Source of the DNA: an uncultured Candidatus Saccharibacteria bacterium
GTDB taxonomy: Bacteria > Patescibacteriota > WWE3 > UBA101185 > 2-01-FULL-41-18
Assembly: GCA_964636285.1 (NCBI GenBank)
Contig: CAZWQF010000005.1
Coordinates: 19,167-83,166, forward strand
Length of the DNA stretch: 64,000 nucleotides
Direction: 5' to 3'
Under the pieces are notes generated by a model. The model saw nothing but the letters and a program-made list of their open reading frames with translations. It was not told where the DNA came from and did no database searches. This document shows positions 26,726-34,742 of the stretch, in pieces. Both the position numbers and the translations under genes were made by a program. Every line of letters begins with the position of its first letter. The first letter of the stretch is position 1.

Positions 26726-28463
26726 AATTGTTACTTTAATTCTTAATAAAATTGCCCTTTTCTCCAAGCTTCTTGTTGGGTTGTTTTTTGTTGCAGGGTT
26801 TTTGTTCTCTGCTTACCATTTAATGTATGCAAACAAAGTTATTCCAGGGGTGAAACTTGCTGGCATTGATTTTTCGGGAAAAACACAAAAAGAGACCCAA
26901 GCCTCACTAGAGTCACTTTTTTCTAAAGAGCCAAAAGCTACGTTTAAATATCAGGATTTGCAGTTTGTAGTTTCGTCAACTGACATAAATCTAAAATACT
27001 CAGTTAAAGATACAACTCAAAAACTTTTTAACCTTGGAAGAACAGGAAATTTTTATGTTGATACAAAGGATAAGCTAGCGGGACTTGTTAAGGGTATTTC
27101 AGTTCCAGCAAATTACACATATGACGACGGTCTTTTAAATCAAAAAATTTCTGAAATTGAATCAAAAGTTGAAGTTGAACATCTTGACCCTGTACTAATA
27201 ATAAATGATAAAGATGAGCTTGTGGTAACAAAGGCGCAGGGTGGTAAAGAAATTACAAAAGAAAAGGTTAAGTCTCAGATTATTCAAACTTTGGAGGGTT
27301 TTGCGGATAAAAACTTTAGCCTTCCTGTGAATGAGGTAACACCCGACAATTCCGAAAAAGACGTTGAAGCTGTTAAACCTGCTGTAGAAAAAATAATTGC
27401 AAATTCCCCGGTAATCAAATTTGAAGGTAGAGAGTGGAAGTTTTCAAAGCAAGATTTACTGGCACTCCTTGCATATGAGAAGAACGGTTCGAGTGTACTT
27501 CCAGTTTTAAATAAGGATAATTTAAATACTTTAATTGATCAGATTGCTTCTGAAATTGATGTTCCCGCTACGGGAGAGGTTCTTAAGACAGATGGAAATA
27601 GGGTGGTGGAGTTTAAGCCAAAGACTGATGGTAAGACAGTAAATAAGGGAGAACTTATTAAGGATTTTACAAAGGCTCTTTTCAATGACCAAAAAGATGT
27701 ATCAATTGTAGTTGTAGAATCAAAGGCTCCAGATGGTGATAACAAATATGGAATTTACGCGCTTCTTGGAGAAGGGGTATCGTACTTTGCGGGGTCAATT
27801 CCTGGAAGAGTTAAAAACTTGAGTCTTGCCTCTGAGAGAGCAAGTAATGTACTTGTGCCGTCAGGTGAGACTTATTCGTTTAATAAAAATGTTGGGGAGA
27901 TAACAGGAGCAACAGGGTACGATCAAGCTTACATAATTCAAAACGGAAGGACAGTTCTTGGCGAAGGGGGAGGCGTTTGCCAAGCCAGTACAACGCTTTT
28001 TAGAGCTGCGTTAAATGCTGGACTTCCTATTACAAAGAGAGCGGCTCACGCATACAGGGTTGGTTACTACGAACAACAATCAGAGCCAGGTCTTGATGCA
28101 ACAGTTTTTAGTCCTTCAGTTGATTTTGAATTTAAAAACGACACTCCTGGGTACATTTTAATTCAACACGAACTTAATTTAAGTAAAAACGAATTGATTT
28201 TTAGGATTTACGGAACCCCAGACGGAAGGGTTGTTAAGATTGAAAAACCTGTGATTTTAAGTCAGACACCCCCACCTGAACCTTCATATCAAGATGACGG
28301 AAATTACAGAAAAGGACAGATCATTCAGGTTGAGCATGCCACTTGGGGAGCAGTTGTTTCTGCAAAGAGGCTTGTGACAAAGGGAGACACGGTTATGTAT
28401 GACGACACTTTTATAAGTAGGTATCAGCCTTGGAGAGCGGTGTATTTGAGGGGAACTAAATAA
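26718..28463 (+). CDS. VanW-family protein (membrane-anchored, with a G5-like C-terminal domain).
   Basis: An N-terminal TM helix and a VanW core (YSFNKNVGEITGATGYDQAYII ... GGGVCQASTTLFRAALNAG). The C-terminus resembles a G5 domain. It overlaps the NYN gene by 8 nt. Confidence 0.7.
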   Translation: MNRIVTLILNKIALFSKLLVGLFFVAGFLFSAYHLMYANKVIPGVKLAGIDFSGKTQKETQASLESLFSKEPKATFKYQDLQFVVSSTDINLKYSVKDTTQKLFNLGRTGNFYVDTKDKLAGLVKGISVPANYTYDDGLLNQKISEIESKVEVEHLDPVLIINDKDELVVTKAQGGKEITKEKVKSQIIQTLEGFADKNFSLPVNEVTPDNSEKDVEAVKPAVEKIIANSPVIKFEGREWKFSKQDLLALLAYEKNGSSVLPVLNKDNLNTLIDQIASEIDVPATGEVLKTDGNRVVEFKPKTDGKTVNKGELIKDFTKALFNDQKDVSIVVVESKAPDGDNKYGIYALLGEGVSYFAGSIPGRVKNLSLASERASNVLVPSGETYSFNKNVGEITGATGYDQAYIIQNGRTVLGEGGGVCQASTTLFRAALNAGLPITKRAAHAYRVGYYEQQSEPGLDATVFSPSVDFEFKNDTPGYILIQHELNLSKNELIFRIYGTPDGRVVKIEKPVILSQTPPPEPSYQDDGNYRKGQIIQVEHATWGAVVSAKRLVTKGDTVMYDDTFISRYQPWRAVYLRGTK

Positions 28464-28466
28464 GTC

Positions 28467-28901
28467 TTAATTTTTTCTGTACTGAACGCTAACTAGCTGT
28501 TTGTTATCTTGATTATCTTTTGTAATGTGAATATCAATCTCATATGAAGCCTTTTTAAAAGCAAGAATTCTGCTTTTGTTTTGGGTTGAGTCTCCTGTCA
28601 TTTTCCATTCTTTTGCTGTTAAAACGTTGTAGTAGAATTTTTGAACGGCGTTTGAATCTAGTTCGGTTTTGAAGTTGATGTACCCTGCTTCTGGGGATTT
28701 TTGGGAGCTAAGCTCTGTGGAGTCTGGGATTGTAGGTAGGTCATTTACAACCGAATAGGCTTTTGCACCTTTAACTTTTGGTTCTTCTTGAATTGCTGAT
28801 GGTTTGAATTTTGCAAAGCTGTAATAGGAAAAAACACACACCCAAAGAGTAAGGCTTGTAGCAATTATGGCCAAAATTTTGGGTGATTTAAGGTTTTTCA
28901 T
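28467..28901 (-). CDS. Hypothetical small secreted or lipoprotein-like protein.
   Basis: A 144-aa protein with an N-terminal signal/TM segment and no recognisable motifs. Confidence 0.4.
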   Translation of the reverse strand: MKNLKSPKILAIIATSLTLWVCVFSYYSFAKFKPSAIQEEPKVKGAKAYSVVNDLPTIPDSTELSSQKSPEAGYINFKTELDSNAVQKFYYNVLTAKEWKMTGDSTQNKSRILAFKKASYEIDIHITKDNQDNKQLVSVQYRKN

Positions 28902-28957
28902 TTCAACTAATTATAGTGATATAATTCACAGGGTACAAGCTTAGGCTTTTTGAGTAC

Positions 28958-29033
28958 GGCCCCGTCGTCTAGCGGTTAGGACGCCACCTTCTCAAGGTGG
29001 ATATCGAGGGTTCGAATCCCTCCGGGGTCACCA
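28958..29033 (+). tRNA. tRNA-Glu (anticodon CTC), with CCA encoded.
   Basis: A cloverleaf was folded by hand. Acceptor stem GGCCCCG/CGGGGTC; anticodon arm CCACC-TTCTCAA-GGTGG; T-arm GAGGG-TTCGAAT-CCCTC; discriminator A plus CCA. Confidence 0.85.
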
Positions 29034-29040
29034 AATAGAT

Positions 29041-29583
29041 TTATTGCTTAGAAACTAGAACTTGAAGTTCCTTATGAGTCAGGTCAATGTTTCCTCTAAA
29101 ATAAGTAATTTGTTTCACATGTTGTCTAGACTTCATAGCCTCGATCATTTTATCGTAGATTTGATCAATGTGAGCCCTGTCAGCTTCCGTAATTTTTATA
29201 CTTGTTGACTCTCCCCAAGTTCCTCTTTCGTACAGATATCTTATGGCATCCTCTTTTTCAAGGTGTATATAAAGTTCTACAAGTTCTGCGTTTTCTTGGT
29301 TTGCAATTAAATTAAGCTCCTCTGCATGTACTGGATCTAGTAGTAACATAGGAACAATTACGTCCAGGCCACTTTTCAGGTGAGTGCTGGTCATAGATTT
29401 AGATAAGCTATGTACATAGCCTCTTGCCTTGTCCTCATCCTTAATCCATTGGCCAATAAGGTTTAAAATGCCATCTGCTTCTACTAAAAGGGAAAATGGC
29501 ATATCCGAATTAAGTTTCTTAGCCAATGTAGTTTTTCCGCATCCTGCAAAGCCGTAAATCAAAATTAGTTTTGGTTTATTCAC
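29041..29583 (-). CDS. P-loop kinase (AAA_33/zeta-toxin-like nucleotide or small-molecule kinase family).
   Basis: Walker A (GFAGCGKTT) lies near the N-terminus when the GTG at 29583 is used as the start (MNKPKLILIYGFAGCGKTTLAKKL). The longest ORF (to 29658) would abut the divergent gene with no promoter space. Confidence 0.5.
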   Translation of the reverse strand: MNKPKLILIYGFAGCGKTTLAKKLNSDMPFSLLVEADGILNLIGQWIKDEDKARGYVHSLSKSMTSTHLKSGLDVIVPMLLLDPVHAEELNLIANQENAELVELYIHLEKEDAIRYLYERGTWGESTSIKITEADRAHIDQIYDKMIEAMKSRQHVKQITYFRGNIDLTHKELQVLVSKQ

Positions 29584-29658
29584 AAAATTATTATACCCTA
29601 GCTTCAATTTTCTCGAACCTCTCTTATTTGTTATAATCCTGACAAAGGGAGATATCAA

Positions 29659-30009
29659 ATGGCAATCTGGTCACTTTTGTGGTGGGTATGGGTAGCAGGA
29701 ATGCTACTAGTTATGGTAGGGCTGAAAGTTCTGATGTTTTACTTGGCAAACCTCTTTAAGGAACTTTTGGTTATTGTTTGCTTTGATTTTGGAGTGTTTT
29801 TTCTGACTTGGTGTCTGTACCATCTCTTTAACAACGGAGTTCTTGATCCGGCATATTGGACGCTGGCCGTACCTTGGATAGTTATTTGGGTCATACCTGC
29901 GGGTTTTAGCTTATTACTTGCTGTGCAAGCCGCTGAGCCTCTTGAAAACGACGGAAGCGGTACTTCGGGAGGCGGGCTCAATATTAGGTTTCCGAGCAGA
30001 AGGCGCTGA
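29659..30009 (+). CDS. Small polytopic membrane protein.
   Basis: Three hydrophobic helices. An AAGGGAG RBS sits 8 nt upstream and a TATAAT -10 box is at about 29632-29637. Preferred over the antisense ORF 29739..30017. Confidence 0.4.
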   Translation: MAIWSLLWWVWVAGMLLVMVGLKVLMFYLANLFKELLVIVCFDFGVFFLTWCLYHLFNNGVLDPAYWTLAVPWIVIWVIPAGFSLLLAVQAAEPLENDGSGTSGGGLNIRFPSRRR

Positions 30010-30145
30010 TAGCCCAAAGACCCAATTTGCTAGCCTCGGCTGGTAAGTTGGGTTTATGTTTAGGTGTATTTTGCACAGCATCCGTGCAATTAGCTTGATA
30101 AACTTTTATCTATTAAAATTAAAGCTTAAGTATTAGAATATTTAT

Positions 30146-31117
30146 GTGGTATTTGTTGCTAGCATAATCATCTTTATATTCCTCAGATTTATCCTCAAAG
30201 GTCTTTATGTGGTTCAACAAAACGAGCGCGCAGTTAAAACCGTGTTTGGAAGAGCGGAAAGATTAGAAGGAGTTACCACCTTGGATCTGCCTGAATTTGC
30301 AAACAAATTAAGCGTAGAAGAACAGGGTAGATACAAGTTTCCACAGCTTAAAGTTATTCCACCTGGAGGTCCGTATTTTAAATTTCCATGGGAAAAAATT
30401 CATAAAGTCTCAATTGCAACTCAATTGATAGATATTGCGTATGACCCGACTAACCCTTATGTTAATGAAAACAACACTGCGCTTGAAGCTGTTACAAAAG
30501 ATCAACTGAATATAAAGCTAAAAGGTCAGCTACAATACACAGTCTCAGACAAAAATCTATACGCCTTTATTTTTGGTGTTAAAAACCCAATTACCCACGT
30601 ACTTGGTTACTTTATTTCAATCCTTAGAGAAAGAATTGCAAACTTTGAGGCACCGGTTAAGACTGAGGAAGGTAATTCCCTATCGGCTTCTCTGGGTACT
30701 TCCATAAACGATCTCAGAAAAAATCTTGGTCAGTTTAATGGAATGATGGCAAGCGAATGCTCGTCTTCTGCTGCTAGGTATGGCATTACTCTCAACACTG
30801 CTTTAATTACTGCTATAGAGCCTCCTGTAGAGGTTGAGTCCGCACTTGCAGCAATTAACACAGCTCACAACCATGTTTCGTCTGAAATTAGTCTTGCACA
30901 GGCTTCAGCCGATCAAAAGATTGTGCAGTCTAGGACATCGGTTCAAATTGAAACACTTAAAGCTCAAGCTGAGGTTCAAATGTTAAGGCAAGTTGCCAAA
31001 CAACTTAAGGAAGTTAAAAAGTCAGATGCTGGAACACTTAAGGCCTATGTCAGAAACATAAAGCTTTCGCTTCTTTCGCATTCAAAGAGAATTTTTATGG
31101 AGAACAAAAATGGGTAG
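30146..31117 (+). CDS. SPFH/band-7 domain membrane protein with a C-terminal coiled coil (HflK/flotillin-like).
   Basis: An N-terminal TM helix is followed by an SPFH core (YVVQQNERAVKTVFGR ...) and an Ala/Gln-rich coiled-coil tail. GTG start. Confidence 0.65.
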   Translation: MVFVASIIIFIFLRFILKGLYVVQQNERAVKTVFGRAERLEGVTTLDLPEFANKLSVEEQGRYKFPQLKVIPPGGPYFKFPWEKIHKVSIATQLIDIAYDPTNPYVNENNTALEAVTKDQLNIKLKGQLQYTVSDKNLYAFIFGVKNPITHVLGYFISILRERIANFEAPVKTEEGNSLSASLGTSINDLRKNLGQFNGMMASECSSSAARYGITLNTALITAIEPPVEVESALAAINTAHNHVSSEISLAQASADQKIVQSRTSVQIETLKAQAEVQMLRQVAKQLKEVKKSDAGTLKAYVRNIKLSLLSHSKRIFMENKNG

Positions 31118-32009
31118 CATTATTAGTATAATATTATTAGTATCATTCTTATTTTTCTTTGAAAGATTAGCTCTTGGCTTAGCTAGGTTTTTTGGACTCT
31201 ATACTATTGTTAACGAAAAGGAAGCTAGGGTTTATGTACTTTTTGGGCAGATCCTAGGAGTTTTGGAAGAGCCAGGATTGTACTTTTTACCAGATGTTCT
31301 AGGTATGAAAGCTCTTGTTGTGAACTGGCTTGGAAGGTCATACACAAGAAAAATGACCCTTGATCAGCAGTACATTAGAAGTATTCCCGTAAACTCTGCA
31401 GAGGGTACTCCTATGGGTATTGGAGTGTGGTATGAAATGTATATCTCTGATCCTATCGCTCACATCTTTAAGAATGTCGACCCAGAAGGATCTCTTACAG
31501 CGAATGTAAAAAACGCAACAATAAAGTCATTAAGCAATCTTCCTCTGGCTGAAATGCTTGTTAATAGGCACCAAATGTCGTCTGCCGTTAGGGGAGAGGT
31601 CTCTACCGAATCGGCTGAATGGGGATACAAGCTTGGTTCTGTCTATATTAGAAAAGTGCATTTTAGAGATGCGGTCATGACCAAACAGATTGAGGAAAAA
31701 GTTGTAAACCAGCTAAGGCAGGTTACATCTGCTATTGTTCAGGAAGGAGTCAACCAGGTTAATGTGATCTCAAGTAAGGCAGAGCAAGAGGCGTCAATAG
31801 AGTTTGCAAAAGCAGCGGCAGTTAGACCTTATATTGTGGGGGAGGCCTTAAAGGAAATTTCTAAAGATCCTGATGTGTTGAATACAATGTTTGAAATATT
31901 GGAGACTCAGAGAGTTGTTGAAGGTCCGAATGTTTTGACGCTTCTACAGGGAAATGGAAATTCTGATTTGCTTTCTTCGCTACTTGCCTCCCAAAAAGAA
32001 GAGACTTGA
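31110..32009 (+). CDS. SPFH/band-7 domain membrane protein (HflC/stomatin-like).
   Basis: An N-terminal TM helix and an SPFH core (RVYVLFGQILGV ...). It overlaps the preceding SPFH gene by 8 nt. Confidence 0.65.
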   Translation: MGSIISIILLVSFLFFFERLALGLARFFGLYTIVNEKEARVYVLFGQILGVLEEPGLYFLPDVLGMKALVVNWLGRSYTRKMTLDQQYIRSIPVNSAEGTPMGIGVWYEMYISDPIAHIFKNVDPEGSLTANVKNATIKSLSNLPLAEMLVNRHQMSSAVRGEVSTESAEWGYKLGSVYIRKVHFRDAVMTKQIEEKVVNQLRQVTSAIVQEGVNQVNVISSKAEQEASIEFAKAAAVRPYIVGEALKEISKDPDVLNTMFEILETQRVVEGPNVLTLLQGNGNSDLLSSLLASQKEET

Positions 32010-32018
32010 GGTAAAAAT

Positions 32019-32786
32019 TTATCTCTTCCAAATTAAGTATATTATATCGTCGCTTTTAAATTTGAATCCTGAGCTATGTAAAAATTTTTCGAATGTTTCC
32101 TGATCATGGGTTTTAAGGAAGTGGTGAAACTCAAGAACAATAAATTTGAACTTTTTTAGAAAATTTAGATTTTCCTGAGTAAATACTTCTAGTTCTCCTC
32201 CTTCGATATCCATCTTGAGAAGTGCATTTTGCCCGATTCTAGCTAAAAGCGAATAAAGATTTGTATTGGCAACTTCAATATAGCTTTCTGAAGGATGGAA
32301 AGTTGAGTTTGAGCCAAAGTCGTTTCCTCTGAACAATTTAATTGAGGCTTCCTTTCTCAACGAGACTGCGGAATTATGAAGTTCTACTGTGGATTCAAGG
32401 TTATTTAGCATAATATTTTTTTCTAGTAGCTTAAAATTTTCTGGATCGGGTTCAAATGAGATTATTTGGTTTACTAAGAGGTGTTTTGCCGCAGGTATGG
32501 TAAACGCACCGATGTTTGCTCCAATATCAAAGATTTGATCGATGCCTTGTTTTTTTAGTTTGCCAAATTCATATGCATCTAAAATTAGGTTTTCAGCAAC
32601 AATCCATTTATCTACACTTCTGGGTCTAAGTTCGAGCTTTATATCTTTTAGGTCAATCAGCCAGTTATTTTTATGGTAGCCTATGTAGTCAAGATAGTAT
32701 TCAGGCCAGTTTCTGCACTTTGAGATTAGCCCTAGTGCTGTTTTTGTCATTCGAGTTATTGCATTCATGGTAGGTAAGTGTAACAC
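32019..32786 (-). CDS. FkbM-family SAM-dependent methyltransferase.
   Basis: Motif I (DIGANIGAFT) and an FkbM-like fold. 255 aa. Confidence 0.65.
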   Translation of the reverse strand: MLHLPTMNAITRMTKTALGLISKCRNWPEYYLDYIGYHKNNWLIDLKDIKLELRPRSVDKWIVAENLILDAYEFGKLKKQGIDQIFDIGANIGAFTIPAAKHLLVNQIISFEPDPENFKLLEKNIMLNNLESTVELHNSAVSLRKEASIKLFRGNDFGSNSTFHPSESYIEVANTNLYSLLARIGQNALLKMDIEGGELEVFTQENLNFLKKFKFIVLEFHHFLKTHDQETFEKFLHSSGFKFKSDDIIYLIWKR

Positions 32787-32845
32787 ACTCGCTCCATTTG
32801 GAGTATTAAGGTCTGGATGATATTTGATACACTTATTTAGACATT

Positions 32846-33112
32846 ATGTACTATGTATATATACTCAAAACAAGTGGAGGAACATATTACACTGGCCAGA
32901 CAAATAATTTGGAAGTTCGCTTAAAACAACACAAATCTAAAGGAAGTAAATCTGCCAAGTATTTAAGAAGATTCGAATCTTTTGAGCTTGTTTATGTTGA
33001 GGAATGCAAGTCAAGATCTGAGGCTTTAAAGAAAGAGATTAAGCTAAAACAAAAGTCTCATTTGTTTAAGAAATCCTTATCCTTTCAGGCTACTGAGTCG
33101 TGTAGCTTATAG
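32846..33112 (+). CDS. GIY-YIG nuclease-domain protein.
   Basis: MYYVYIL ... YYTGQTNNLEVRLKQH is a GIY-YIG signature. 88 aa. Confidence 0.65.
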   Translation: MYYVYILKTSGGTYYTGQTNNLEVRLKQHKSKGSKSAKYLRRFESFELVYVEECKSRSEALKKEIKLKQKSHLFKKSLSFQATESCSL

Positions 33113-34742
33113 TGATTCTTGCTCCATTTATATATTTTCTTCCATAGGCTTGTCCTGCTCCTTTGGCAATTAAGCTAATGCTGTTTCCAGACTTCCAATC
33201 AGACTTAGAGGTAATTGCTGAAACAACAGTAGAAGCATCATCAAGATAAATCCAGCTTCCGGATGTCCATTTCTCATCTTTTGAGTATGAGATTTCTTGG
33301 CTTGTAAGATTTCTGGATGAAGGTAACGAAGAGCTACTGAAGGCTGTGCTGTTTGCAGAGTTGTCTCCCTTTACATTAAACGAGAGGTTAATCCACTGTT
33401 CTGAGGTTGATTTAAGCTCTAGTTTTGCTGAATTGATTTTTGCATTTGCTGGGATTGTTACATTAGCAAATCTTAATGTTGTGTAGCTAGAGCTGATATT
33501 TTGCCCTACACCTACCCATGTACTTGATGTAGTGTAGGCCGTTCCGTCTTGGTTACCAACCGTCGCATTGACAGTAAGCTGTTGCGTTACACTTGTTGCA
33601 CTTGGCGTTGGAGTAGGTGTTGGGGTTGCTACTGGGGTTGTAGGTGTGGGTGCTGTTCCTGACTCTTCAACAATAGAGAAATCGTCAACTGAAACGGTAC
33701 CATTGAACCCAAAATTCTTTACCCCAATATATATCGGATTACTTAGTTCGCTTGCTGTAAATTTCTTTGTGACCTTTAATTCTTTCCATCCATTGATAGA
33801 GTTAGTTGTGTCATTTTTTCCAAAGTCGGAAGATCCTAGATCCTCAAACTTACTTAGCCTAAAGGATGGAGATCCCCATGAGGTACCTTTTTTGGTTACA
33901 CTCACCCATGTCTTAAATGTGTATTGAACATTCGCCTTAAGTAGCGAGTTAATCTGTTTAGAAATTTTGGAGTTATTTGCGTTAATGCTTGCAGAATATT
34001 TACCTGAATGTGGATTAGATTCTGTGATGGTAGCGCCTGTTTGTGACCAGGAGTTCGTATTTCCAAGCTCAAACCCTTGATTCTCAAATGTTTGAGGTTG
34101 GTCTGGAGTTTGAGTTGGGGTTGGGGTGGGCGTAGTTGTTGGGGTAGGGTTTGAAATGTTCACTGTCATATTTGTAACCAGAGTAAGTGCATCCTGTGCT
34201 GAGTTTGCTATGGCAACATTTGCATCCCGTGAGCTGTTTGGCGAGAATAGCCAGTTTACACCTGCTACTCCAGCTGATCTAGGGTTGAATGTAAGGTTAA
34301 CAATAGGTTGTGATGTTGTTCCAGTGATTGCATTTGTGACTTTGTTATTAGCCTGGTCATAGGTTAGCATGCTAAAGCTTAGTTTTCCCGTATCGTTTGC
34401 TGTTGCAACAGCTTGGGCTAAGCTAGGAACAAAGGTAACCGTTGTTGGAAGTGCCCCTGCAGATGCTGATATTAGTTGAAGATTTTCTGTTGGAAATGTG
34501 ATTTGTACATCTGCACCTACTACATTTTGTCCGTTTGGATTAAGGTTGATTGGCACAGTAAAGTTGGAGTTTGTTGTGGCATTCACTTGTGTTGGTAAGG
34601 ACATGCTACTACCATTTGTAATTCCAAGAATTAGACCTCTTCCAATTGCAAGATGTAGGATAAGAAAGAGGATGAACAAAGACCCAGCTACTGAAAGTAG
34701 AGCGTATTTAGTGTTTCTTGTTATTTTTTTAATTAATTCCAT
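33090..34742 (-). CDS. Membrane-anchored surface protein: cohesin-like domain, PT linker, CBM4/9-like domain, PT linker and a beta-rich C-terminal domain (scaffoldin-like).
   Basis: An N-terminal TM/signal segment. A ~150-aa segment (FTVPINLNPNGQNVVGADVQITFP ... GKLSFSML ... VNLTFNP) resembles a cohesin beta-sandwich. TPTPTPTQTP linkers flank a carbohydrate-binding-like module (NQGFELG ... W ...). Confidence 0.5.
   Translation of the reverse strand: MELIKKITRNTKYALLSVAGSLFILFLILHLAIGRGLILGITNGSSMSLPTQVNATTNSNFTVPINLNPNGQNVVGADVQITFPTENLQLISASAGALPTTVTFVPSLAQAVATANDTGKLSFSMLTYDQANNKVTNAITGTTSQPIVNLTFNPRSAGVAGVNWLFSPNSSRDANVAIANSAQDALTLVTNMTVNISNPTPTTTPTPTPTQTPDQPQTFENQGFELGNTNSWSQTGATITESNPHSGKYSASINANNSKISKQINSLLKANVQYTFKTWVSVTKKGTSWGSPSFRLSKFEDLGSSDFGKNDTTNSINGWKELKVTKKFTASELSNPIYIGVKNFGFNGTVSVDDFSIVEESGTAPTPTTPVATPTPTPTPSATSVTQQLTVNATVGNQDGTAYTTSSTWVGVGQNISSSYTTLRFANVTIPANAKINSAKLELKSTSEQWINLSFNVKGDNSANSTAFSSSSLPSSRNLTSQEISYSKDEKWTSGSWIYLDDASTVVSAITSKSDWKSGNSISLIAKGAGQAYGRKYINGARITISYTTQ

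Noticed and set aside
29739-30017. Minus-strand 92-aa ORF overlapping the small membrane-protein gene.
   Set aside because: The plus-strand ORF has a good RBS and -10 box and a membrane-protein-like product. The minus-strand ORF has neither.
30095-30145. Possible sigma70 promoter upstream of the first SPFH gene (TTGATA ... TAAAAT).
   Set aside because: The spacer is only ~13 nt, so the spacing is non-canonical. It is not reported as a feature.
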